13,276 nucleotides of DNA from an uncultured bacterium (GTDB lineage: Bacteria; SAR324; NAC60-12). Position numbers and translations under genes: made by a program. Location of the stretch: positions 1 to 13,276 of the forward strand of contig CAXGMD010000083.1 of the NCBI GenBank assembly GCA_964010765.1, written 5' to 3'. Under the pieces are notes generated by a model. The model worked only from the letters and a program-made list of their open reading frames with translations. It had not been told where the DNA came from and did not search any database. Every line of letters begins with the position of its first letter. Position 1 is the first letter of the stretch. Of this stretch, positions 5,973-13,276 are shown piece after piece.

Positions 5973-6488
5973 TTAAATCAAATCTGTCACGCTCATCGAT
6001 TCATACTTTTCCATGGGCTGATGGATCCAGGGAGAGTCCTCAAGATAGTCTACGTAATAGTCTGGCTTGTACTGTGAGACTCCTTTCATCCAGAGCACGG
6101 CGGTGCGGACTTCGTCTAGATAGAATCCGTAGAAATGATTCAACCACTTCAGGCTTTTTTCCAGAGTGATACCTGAGTCTGCCAGATCATCCACAAGGAT
6201 CACCCTGCTTCCAAGATTCGGGGTGGTTTGAGCAAGATCTCTGGAGAATGTCATTGAACCCTGCTCGTTCTTCACACCATCGCCCCGATACGATTCCACG
6301 GAAAGAATGGCGAGGGGTTTGTCGAATAACCGTGCAAAAATATCTCCTACCCGCAATCCACCTTTTGCAATACAAACGATCTGACTGAAGTCATATCCGT
6401 CTTGATACACCTTGATGGCCAACTCTTCGATCTTTTTGTGGTATTCATCCCAAGAGACGTACAGATCGGTTTGTTTCTCTGCTTTCAT
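5973..6488 (-). CDS. Type I phosphoribosyltransferase, xanthine/hypoxanthine-guanine PRTase-like
   Basis: IAKGG loop, SY flexible loop, PRPP-binding motif VILVDDLADSGITL, and PDYY...WIHQPME C-terminus. Confidence 0.88.
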   Translation of the reverse strand: MKAEKQTDLYVSWDEYHKKIEELAIKVYQDGYDFSQIVCIAKGGLRVGDIFARLFDKPLAILSVESYRGDGVKNEQGSMTFSRDLAQTTPNLGSRVILVDDLADSGITLEKSLKWLNHFYGFYLDEVRTAVLWMKGVSQYKPDYYVDYLEDSPWIHQPMEKYESMSVTDLI

Positions 6489-6536
6489 TTCCTCACTACC
6501 TCGTTTGAAATCCGCTGCGGATTGAATGTGCTAAGC

Positions 6537-6579
6537 TTGGTTGGGGTCTCCAGTCTAGAGAGCGGAGACAAACAACCAA
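6537..6579. promoter_or_regulatory. Intergenic stem-loop between ABC exporter and PRTase
   Basis: TTGGTTG/CAACCAA outer and GTCTCC/GGAGAC inner stems, ~50 nt upstream of the PRTase start. Confidence 0.45.
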
Positions 6580-6651
6580 TATCAACGGAGAAGTGACGAA
6601 TTCGCAAGTGAGTGGGTCCATAAACTAACTGGAAGAGCCAGAGAAAATGCC

Positions 6652-8508
6652 TCAGGCTGCCTGGGTTTTCTCTTCGTATTCTTCCGGAGCTAGGAACCCA
6701 CCAGATTGACGAGCCCAGAGATCTGCATAGATACGGGAATTCTGAACCAGCTCTTCGTGACTACCGGACTCGATCAGGTTGCCTGCATCAATCACAACCA
6801 AACGGTCCAGCTGGGCGATCGTGGAGAGTCGATGTGCGATGGCAATCACGGTTTTGCCCTCCATCAATTGAAATAAATTTTCCTGGATGGCGGCCTCGAC
6901 TTCTGAATCCAGCGCAGAGGTTGCTTCATCCAGTACAAGAATTGGAGCATCTTTTAGAAAGACTCGAGCGATGGCAATCCGTTGACGCTGTCCTCCAGAG
7001 AGCTTCACGCCTCTCTCACCGACATGGGCATCCAGACCTTTCCGACCTCCTGAATCTTCCAGCTCTTGAATAAAGTCCCAGGCATTGGCCTTACGAGCCG
7101 CTTCGATCACTTGCTCATCAGTTGCTTCGGGAGCTGAGTAGGCGATGTTTTCGCGAATGGAGCGGTGCAGCAGCGAAGTGTCCTGAGTGACCACACCAAT
7201 ACAGCTACGCAGACTCTCTTGCGTCATTTGGACGATGTCTTGTTCATCAATCAAAATCCGTCCTCGTTCCAGGTCATAGAAGCGCAGGAGTAGGTTCATC
7301 AGTGTGGTCTTGCCGGCTCCGGAGCGCCCTACCAGACCAATTTTTTCACCGGAGGTGATTTTCAGAGAGAAGTCGTCAATCACGCCGCTGGCCTTTCCAT
7401 AGTGAAAGCCGATATGTTCGAACTCAATCTGCCCTCGTGGCACATTGAGTGGTTGGGCTTTCGGCTGATCTACGATTTCATGAGGCTTGACCATCATCGT
7501 CATGCCGTCATGCACGACCCCGATATTCTCAAACAGGCCAGAGACTTCCCACATGATCCATTGTGACATCCCATTAATACGCAGGCACAGCGCAATCGAG
7601 ATGGCGATTGAACCAACGGACACCACAGATCCAAGCCAGAGCCAAATAGCTAGAGCAGATACGGCAAACACCAGGAAGGCGTTGTTGAAGTAAACTACAA
7701 ACTGAAACTGGGTCACCAGTCGCATCTGCTGATGCACGGTTCCCAGAAAACCTTCCATGCTCTCTCTGGCATAAGCGGCTTCCCTACCTGTATGGGAAAA
7801 CAGCTTGACCGTGGTGATGTTCGTGTAGCTATCAACAACTCGTCCGGTCATTAACGAACGAGCGTCTGCTTGGTCACTGGAGACTTTCTTGAGCCTAGGT
7901 ACGAAGTAGCGAATGAGTGTGGTGTAAACAATTACCCACAGCAGCAGCGGTAACGCCAGTATCCAGTCTGCGGAAGCAACCAGCACCATCATGGAAATGA
8001 AGTAGACACTTACGTAGACAAAGACGTCGAGTAGCTTCATCACGCTTTCACGGATGGAGAGCGAGGTCTGCATTACCTTGGTTGCCACCCGGCCAGCGAA
8101 TTCATTAGCGAAGAAGCCCATGCTCTGCCGGAGTAGGTAGCGATGCATCTGCCAACGGGCGATCATCGGGAAGTTGCCGAGCAGCGTCTGGTGAATCAGC
8201 AGAGATTGCAGCAGGACGATTGTTGGCAGGCCGATCAGCAGTACAGCCCCCATCCAGATCAACTTTCCTCCCTCACGCTCTAGAAATCCTTCCTGTCCAC
8301 TTGCCGCCAGCCAATCCACAATGTTGCCCAGAAATCCAAACAGGTAGACCTCTCCAATGGAAATTAGTGCGGTGACTGCCGACATCAGGAATAACCAGGG
8401 GCCTGCAGGCTTGGCGTAGTGCCAACAGAAGGCCACCAGTCCTTGGGGTGGCTGAGTTGGTTCTTCATTAGGAAATGGGTTCAGACGATCTTCAAACCAA
8501 GAAAACAT
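6652..8508 (-). CDS. ABC exporter, fused permease/ATP-binding protein (MdlB/MsbA-like multidrug type)
   Basis: N-terminal TM domain; Walker A GRSGAGKT, Q-loop VTQD, signature LSGGQRQR, Walker B/D-loop ILVLDEATSALD, H-switch IAHRLST. Confidence 0.95.
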   Translation of the reverse strand: MFSWFEDRLNPFPNEEPTQPPQGLVAFCWHYAKPAGPWLFLMSAVTALISIGEVYLFGFLGNIVDWLAASGQEGFLEREGGKLIWMGAVLLIGLPTIVLLQSLLIHQTLLGNFPMIARWQMHRYLLRQSMGFFANEFAGRVATKVMQTSLSIRESVMKLLDVFVYVSVYFISMMVLVASADWILALPLLLWVIVYTTLIRYFVPRLKKVSSDQADARSLMTGRVVDSYTNITTVKLFSHTGREAAYARESMEGFLGTVHQQMRLVTQFQFVVYFNNAFLVFAVSALAIWLWLGSVVSVGSIAISIALCLRINGMSQWIMWEVSGLFENIGVVHDGMTMMVKPHEIVDQPKAQPLNVPRGQIEFEHIGFHYGKASGVIDDFSLKITSGEKIGLVGRSGAGKTTLMNLLLRFYDLERGRILIDEQDIVQMTQESLRSCIGVVTQDTSLLHRSIRENIAYSAPEATDEQVIEAARKANAWDFIQELEDSGGRKGLDAHVGERGVKLSGGQRQRIAIARVFLKDAPILVLDEATSALDSEVEAAIQENLFQLMEGKTVIAIAHRLSTIAQLDRLVVIDAGNLIESGSHEELVQNSRIYADLWARQSGGFLAPEEYEEKTQAA

Positions 8509-8885
8509 GAGCGAACAAGAGGTGTTGGGTTGTAGTAGTGTGCAGAGTTGTCGAGACTGTTGTTAGCTAAGATGATTTGGAACTTTGCGGAAAGAGTAGC
8601 GAAATCTGCTGTGAAAAGATGATTTTCCAGAATGAACTTCAGTTTGCGAAGAGACAACCAGAAAAAAACTTTCTTTCAAGAATGCCAAAGTTGCTGAGTT
8701 TGTTTATGGAAAGAAACAGTTTGGAGTTTCTCAGTTAGGGCGTTGTGAGATTCAATTTTTTTAAATCTTTTGTTTTGAGTGATTGGTGGCCCAGATTGTG
8801 CCGCATACACGATAGATCAATCAAAATTTACGCAGATGGATGCGCCATAGTGCTTCATTAAGAGTGCTGACCACCAAGGGAATAA

Positions 8886-9044
8886 ATGGAAGGTAAAACT
8901 AACCGGGAACTGCAAGCATTGCTAGAAGTGCAGGACCATAAGATCAAGCAGCTAGAACAGCGAATCACGACCCTTGAGTGGGTTATCTGCACGGTCGTTG
9001 ATGACAGTGAGCCTGAGCTTGGAACCAAGCATAACCTGCACTGA
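8886..9044 (+). CDS. Small 52-aa predicted coiled-coil protein (below ORF-track cutoff)
   Basis: AAGGGA RBS-like site upstream of ATG 8886; MEGKTNRELQALLEVQDHKIKQLEQRITTLEWVICTVVDDSEPELGTKHNLH*; heptad pattern L9-V15/I20-L23-I27-L30. Confidence 0.65.
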   Translation: MEGKTNRELQALLEVQDHKIKQLEQRITTLEWVICTVVDDSEPELGTKHNLH

Positions 9045-9130
9045 ACTTGACAACAGGGCGGGAATTCACCTGATACAAATCCTTTTTTCGCACCCCAAGA
9101 TTCTCGCTAGCAACCACTCAATAGAAGTTT

Positions 9131-9178
9131 GGTTCAAACTGGAAATCATTTGAACCGATACTTCCATCTTGGTATGTT
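9131..9178 (+). promoter_or_regulatory. Putative sigma70 promoter with palindromic operator overlapping -35
   Basis: GGTTCAAA-N10-TTTGAACC (9131-9156); TTGAAC (9150-9155), 17-nt spacer, TATGTT (9173-9178) with an extended -10 TG. Confidence 0.5.
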
Positions 9179-9229
9179 CAATCTCTCAAAACTCCACTGT
9201 TCTTCCTTTAAAAATCTGGATACAAAGGC

Positions 9230-9769
9230 ATGAGAAATTTTGCCAAATGGCTACTGATCATTTGGTCCTTATTGTGTTTGATCGGTGTTTATTTCGGCTT
9301 TACTGAGTTTTCTGGCTCGTCAGAGAAGGTTGTCTCCGGGATTGGTGGAGAAGAGCTCGAAATTAACGTAATTGTCGCGATCTTCGCAGGGCTTCTGCTC
9401 TATTTGATCATCGCCATGCCTGCTCTGCTTATTTGGCTGCTGTTGGATCGCAGGGAGGATCAGGTGGTCGATCATCTACGCTACTACGATCTTGAGAAAG
9501 ATGATGAGTTTCAAGAAGTATATGATTTAGACAAGGAGGTTTCTTTTTTTCAGGTAGCACCTAAGGAGAAAGAGCAGGGCGAATTGTTCCCGACAGATCG
9601 TCAGTATGAAGATCCGGTTGCAGAAGTGGAGTATGATGAGAGCGAGGTCGGTCAACTGAAGTCAAGGGTTGCTATGCTGGAGCAAGAGAATCTCCAACTC
9701 AAGCAGATGCTACACAAGCGAAATCAAATCATCAGCCAGTTCAAGAGTTCCGTACGCAGTGGCCGCTAG
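9230..9769 (+). CDS. Hypothetical membrane protein (2 TM helices, acidic linker, C-terminal coiled coil)
   Basis: Two hydrophobic segments, D/E-rich middle, C-terminal QLKSRVAMLEQENLQLKQML heptads; AAAGG before the ATG. Confidence 0.75.
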   Translation: MRNFAKWLLIIWSLLCLIGVYFGFTEFSGSSEKVVSGIGGEELEINVIVAIFAGLLLYLIIAMPALLIWLLLDRREDQVVDHLRYYDLEKDDEFQEVYDLDKEVSFFQVAPKEKEQGELFPTDRQYEDPVAEVEYDESEVGQLKSRVAMLEQENLQLKQMLHKRNQIISQFKSSVRSGR

Positions 9770-9824
9770 GTCTATTCTTTTCTTGTTGATTCCAAAATCT
9801 TCCCTCAAGATTGTTCCCCTGTTC

Positions 9825-10208
9825 TCATTGAATTCTTGCTAAGTATTGTCCAATCTGACGAATTTCAGAATCGTTAACCTGGTTGATCGTGGGCCACATG
9901 ATGGTAGTCATGCCATTGTTGCGACGTTTGTACTTGATGTCGAGCATCTGATTAATCAAGTAGGAGGCTGGTTGTCCAGCGAGGTGTGGGTAGCCATCCA
10001 CAGGAGGGTTTAGACCCTCCGTACCGTGACAAGTTTGACAATTATATTGGAGATACAGGGCAGCTCCCACCTTGGTGTCGATCTGGTATTTGCCGATCGT
10101 GTCGTCATCCAATAGCCGGACATAAAGCACTCCAGTTCCTAACACCAAAGCTATCAGGAACCCACATCTCATTGTCCACGACCACACTTTTGCAATCAGT
10201 ATCAACAT
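9825..10208 (-). CDS. Membrane-anchored monoheme cytochrome c (c553/c4-like)
   Basis: CQTCHG heme motif, YPHLAGQ..YL..Q motif, distal Met (IMWP) and an N-terminal TM segment. Start could be 10211 (TTG), 10208 or 10172. Confidence 0.88.
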   Translation of the reverse strand: MLILIAKVWSWTMRCGFLIALVLGTGVLYVRLLDDDTIGKYQIDTKVGAALYLQYNCQTCHGTEGLNPPVDGYPHLAGQPASYLINQMLDIKYKRRNNGMTTIMWPTINQVNDSEIRQIGQYLARIQ

Positions 10209-10229
10209 CAATGACTACCCATGAAATGT

Positions 10230-11468
10230 TTAACGGAAGTCTCCAAGAGCTCTGAAAAACCCCTTCAATTCTTTGCTGGGAGACAAGAGCTGCAGCTTGT
10301 AGACGGCGCCACTCAGACTGGTTGCGTATAACTCTCCAGCTGCGTCCTCTGTCAGTGAAGAGAAGAACATCACCTCTCCTAGTTCTTCCCCATGCTGCAT
10401 TCTAGGCTTGTAGACCAAAACATGGGGGAAATGCTGAATGTCTGGTTCGGTAGGATCCAGTTGAAAGAGTCCACGAAAGTAGTCTCCATAAACATACTGA
10501 CCACGGAGCCAGGGAATGTCTTCTCCTCTGTAGACATACCCTCCAATTACAGACCGAATAAAGGTGTGTTCGAAGGAAGCAATTGGGAGCACAGTACCTT
10601 CCTTGTCACAATTTTCTGTCCCAGGAGGGTAACACTGGTCGCCTTCCAAAATTGGCCACCCGTGGTCTTTCCCTATCTCAACACGACTGATCTCTTCTTG
10701 ATGGTTGTCGCCGACATCTCCAACAAAAATGTGTCCAGTCAATTCATCAATACTGAATCTCCAAGGATTACGAAATCCCCATGCTAGGATTTCAGCACGA
10801 ATCCCTTCACTGTTACTAGCGAAGGGATTGTCTGGTGGAATTGCATAGGGCACCTCCTCACTGGCGTTGCGTATATCCAATCGCAGTAGACTACCTTTCA
10901 GGTCACTAAGGTCCTGAGCATCATCACCCTGATATCCATCACCTACAGAAACATATAGAAATCCATCAGTGCCGAACTGAAGCATTCCACCATTGTGGCT
11001 GTCGGAAGTTTTAGGAATTTCTAGCAGGGCTAACTCGCTCGAACGGTCTGCGATATTGTCTGAATTCACCGTAAAACGAGACAGCCGAGATCGTTTGGGA
11101 CTGTCTAATGAATAAAATATGTAGGCATAGCGGTTCTTGGCATAATCGGGGTCGAAGGCTAGTGAGAGGAGTCCTTCTTCCCAGCCTGCGGAATAGACTG
11201 TGTCAGTCAAGTCAAGTAGTAGGCCACTATTTTGAAGTGCTCCCTCGGTAAACCATTTGATTCGTCCAGCTTTTTCAGTGACTACAAATTCTGTGGTGGA
11301 TCCTGGAAAGAATGTCATTGAGGTAGGTAGTTCAAAACTTTCTTCTGGAACCAATAATTGTAAATCGACACGTGGACGAAGCAGTAATGCGTGTGTTAGA
11401 ACCAGTGCTAGCATCAATAGAAAAGAGATGCCTAGCAGAGTCCGAATTGTTTTCCAGATGATGGACAT
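10230..11468 (-). CDS. PQQ-dependent sugar dehydrogenase (glucose/sorbosone dehydrogenase, GSDH family)
   Basis: Motifs EEGLLSLAFDP, HNGGMLQFGTDGFLYVSVGDG, GFRNPWRFS, GDVG..EEI, GWP, GGYVYRG; N-terminal anchor helix. Confidence 0.9.
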   Translation of the reverse strand: MSIIWKTIRTLLGISFLLMLALVLTHALLLRPRVDLQLLVPEESFELPTSMTFFPGSTTEFVVTEKAGRIKWFTEGALQNSGLLLDLTDTVYSAGWEEGLLSLAFDPDYAKNRYAYIFYSLDSPKRSRLSRFTVNSDNIADRSSELALLEIPKTSDSHNGGMLQFGTDGFLYVSVGDGYQGDDAQDLSDLKGSLLRLDIRNASEEVPYAIPPDNPFASNSEGIRAEILAWGFRNPWRFSIDELTGHIFVGDVGDNHQEEISRVEIGKDHGWPILEGDQCYPPGTENCDKEGTVLPIASFEHTFIRSVIGGYVYRGEDIPWLRGQYVYGDYFRGLFQLDPTEPDIQHFPHVLVYKPRMQHGEELGEVMFFSSLTEDAAGELYATSLSGAVYKLQLLSPSKELKGFFRALGDFR

Positions 11469-11637
11469 GGTGTGGTGGGTGATGATTGCGAATAAGGATG
11501 GGCGGATACAATTGGTTGTTGTGATCAGTAATTCAAAAAAGCTTTAACAGGTTGGAAATACTGGTCAGGAATTGCAAGGCGAAGAATCACGTCCCACAAG
11601 GATTTGGCAGCCGAGAGTGCAGTCGAAGAAGAGCGGA

Positions 11638-11664
11638 TGGGGGACAAAGGACAGTTGTCCCCCA
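11638..11664 (-). terminator. GC-rich hairpin just downstream of glcF
   Basis: TGGGGGACAA / TTGTCCCCCA 10-bp perfect stem with a 7-nt loop, 8 nt past the stop; weak U-tract. Confidence 0.6.
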
Positions 11665-11672
11665 GAAGGAAT

Positions 11673-13037
11673 TTAGCCCTGTAGACGTTCAGCGAGATAG
11701 ACGGCAGGATGGATCACTCGCAAGGGGAGCTTGGCTTCACGAATACCGGCTCGGATCTGGTAGAGGCAGCCAGGATTTCCAGTGACCAGGGTGGTTGCTT
11801 TGGGATTGGCTTCTAAGGTTTCACGGACTGAGTCAATCTTGCGTTTGAGTACATCTCCAGCCAACTCGGGCTGAAGTAGATTGTAGATGCCCGCAGAACC
11901 ACAGCACCAGTTGGATTCCGTCAATGGCACGAGTTTCACTCCGGGTAGACTATTGACCAGTTGACGTGGGTTGGCGTCGATTTTCTGGGCGTGCATCAGG
12001 TGGCATGGAGCATCGTAAAGTACTACGTCTTCTTCTTGTCGCCAGGAGAGTTGAGTAACTTCTTCAGGGTGCCGAGAAAGTAGTTCAAGAATGTCAACAA
12101 TCTTACTGCTCAGCCCTTTCCAGTCCTTGTTGTGCCCAGGATCGCTCTTTGGGAATAAATGGTGATAGTCCTTGAGTTGAGCGCTACATCCGGCTGCGTT
12201 GGTAACGACCAGATCAAAGTTGTGCTCAGCAAAGGCCTGCCGGTTGGTTTCTGCCAGTTCTCTTGCGGTAATGCGGTCTCCGCTGTGAACATGCAGTGCC
12301 CCACAGCAACCTTGCTCTTCTGGAACAACTACGTCGTAGCCAATGGCACGCAGCAGACGCACAGTGGATTCGTGCACCGCAGCTTCGGAGACATCCATTA
12401 CGCATCCGGTGAAGAGCCCTACCCTACCTAGTGACTTGGTTCCTGCTACGGCTTGCAGATCGTCGTGGGCGTGCTGTTGCTTGAAGGAGCGTCCAGAGCA
12501 GTCAGGAAGTAGATGCTGCTGGAAAACGAAAGACTTGGGTAGGAACTTGCCCAAAGCTGTATTGGTGATCAACTTGGGTAGTCCTGTCAGTGCGTAGAGC
12601 TTAAGAAGCTTACTGGCTGTGGAGAGCAGAAAAGTAGAACGGAAGAGCCCCTTGAGCAAAACAGTTCGCAGAGTCTGCTCAATCACACCCTGTGAAGAGG
12701 TTTCATGGATTACACCTCGGACTTTCTCCAGTAGCTCTCCGTATGGCACTCCTGAAGGACAAGCCGTCTCACAGGCACGGCAACCCAGACAGCGATCCAG
12801 GGATCCCTTGATTTCTTCTGTCAGGTCCAGTTCCCCATCGTACAAGCCACGCATCAGGTAGAGTCGCCCGCGAGGGGACTCTTTCTCATCGTGTAATTCA
12901 CGATAGGTCGGGCAGTTATCCAGACATAAACCGCAGTGAACACAGGTCAGGATGTTATCGAAGTCGGTTCCTCGAAGCAACTGCTGGATAGTCTGACCAG
13001 AATTGCCCAGAGGCTTTTGAATGGTCGTGGTGGTCAT
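11673..13037 (-). CDS. glcF: Glycolate oxidase iron-sulfur subunit
   Basis: Two 4Fe-4S motifs (CVHCGLCLDNCPTY, CLGCRACETACPSGV), ESPRGR, and two CCG domains (GCCGALHVHSG, CCGSAGIYN, NPGC). Confidence 0.88.
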   Translation of the reverse strand: MTTTTIQKPLGNSGQTIQQLLRGTDFDNILTCVHCGLCLDNCPTYRELHDEKESPRGRLYLMRGLYDGELDLTEEIKGSLDRCLGCRACETACPSGVPYGELLEKVRGVIHETSSQGVIEQTLRTVLLKGLFRSTFLLSTASKLLKLYALTGLPKLITNTALGKFLPKSFVFQQHLLPDCSGRSFKQQHAHDDLQAVAGTKSLGRVGLFTGCVMDVSEAAVHESTVRLLRAIGYDVVVPEEQGCCGALHVHSGDRITARELAETNRQAFAEHNFDLVVTNAAGCSAQLKDYHHLFPKSDPGHNKDWKGLSSKIVDILELLSRHPEEVTQLSWRQEEDVVLYDAPCHLMHAQKIDANPRQLVNSLPGVKLVPLTESNWCCGSAGIYNLLQPELAGDVLKRKIDSVRETLEANPKATTLVTGNPGCLYQIRAGIREAKLPLRVIHPAVYLAERLQG

Positions 13038-13276
13038 GAGGCATTCATGGCTTGCGGAAGTTGGTAAAAGGGTGCGTGGAAAACACTAGCTGGGTCCAGA
13101 TGTCGTTGTAGTCGCTGCGTAAAGCTGTAGGCTATGGAGCGTCCAAATTCACCAAGATCTTGCAGGCTTAGATCTTGGTGTGCATTGCCAAAGACCATCT
13201 TTGCATCTGTACGCCGGAAACGATTCTTGAGCTCTTGCAGGAAATTCAGTTGTTCATTTGGATCTTCGACATCCAG
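13034..13276 (-). CDS. glcE: 3' end of FAD-linked oxidase, probably glycolate oxidase subunit GlcE (partial, runs off window)
   Basis: Open frame of 80 codons ending ...FTQRLQRHLDPASVFHAPFYQLPQAMNAS*, which resembles the LKxxFDPxxxFNP tail of FAD-linked oxidases; ATGA overlap with glcF. Confidence 0.6.
   Translation of the reverse strand: MDVEDPNEQLNFLQELKNRFRRTDAKMVFGNAHQDLSLQDLGEFGRSIAYSFTQRLQRHLDPASVFHAPFYQLPQAMNAS

Noticed and set aside
1397..9138. Shared 11-mer TTTGGTTCAAA in the 1382 hairpin and the 9131 palindrome
   Set aside because: A single short match in different structural contexts; likely chance.
5303..12861. Remaining short ORF-track entries overlapping longer genes (e.g. 5303-5488, 5476-5682, 6187-6375, 6402-6596, 6834-7073, 7487-7693, 9986-10255, 10392-10787, 11257-11547, 11552-11785, 12110-12861)
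   Set aside because: They overlap well-supported genes on the opposite strand or in another frame and have no recognisable features.

Overview
Bacterial genomic window with two parts. Bases ~1-5.8 kb are an accessory, island-like region. It holds a compact minus-strand module: a 189-aa stand-alone tyrosine recombinase, a DUF4160-type toxin, a DUF2442-type antitoxin and a conserved ~63-bp non-coding tail. The module occurs twice in direct orientation (5-1243 intact; 3099-3616 decayed, ~85-87% nt identity in the coding parts by hand alignment). In the second copy the antitoxin is intact and the recombinase is reduced to its last ~30 codons. The toxin there carries a clean in-frame 222-bp deletion that leaves a 27-codon mini-ORF still ATGA-coupled to the antitoxin. 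Variable-looking cargo lies between and after the copies: a 150-aa hypothetical gene behind a long hairpin, an AT-rich SGNH-like lipoprotein, a two-module MORN-repeat protein and a small secreted protein. Bases ~5.9-13.3 kb look like core genome: a type I purine phosphoribosyltransferase, an ABC exporter, a 52-aa coiled-coil ORF missed by the ORF track, a membrane protein, a monoheme cytochrome c with a PQQ-type sugar dehydrogenase, glcF and the 3' end of a glcE-like gene. No tRNA, rRNA or CRISPR array was seen. All alignments and counts were done by eye, and family names come from motif recognition, not searches.
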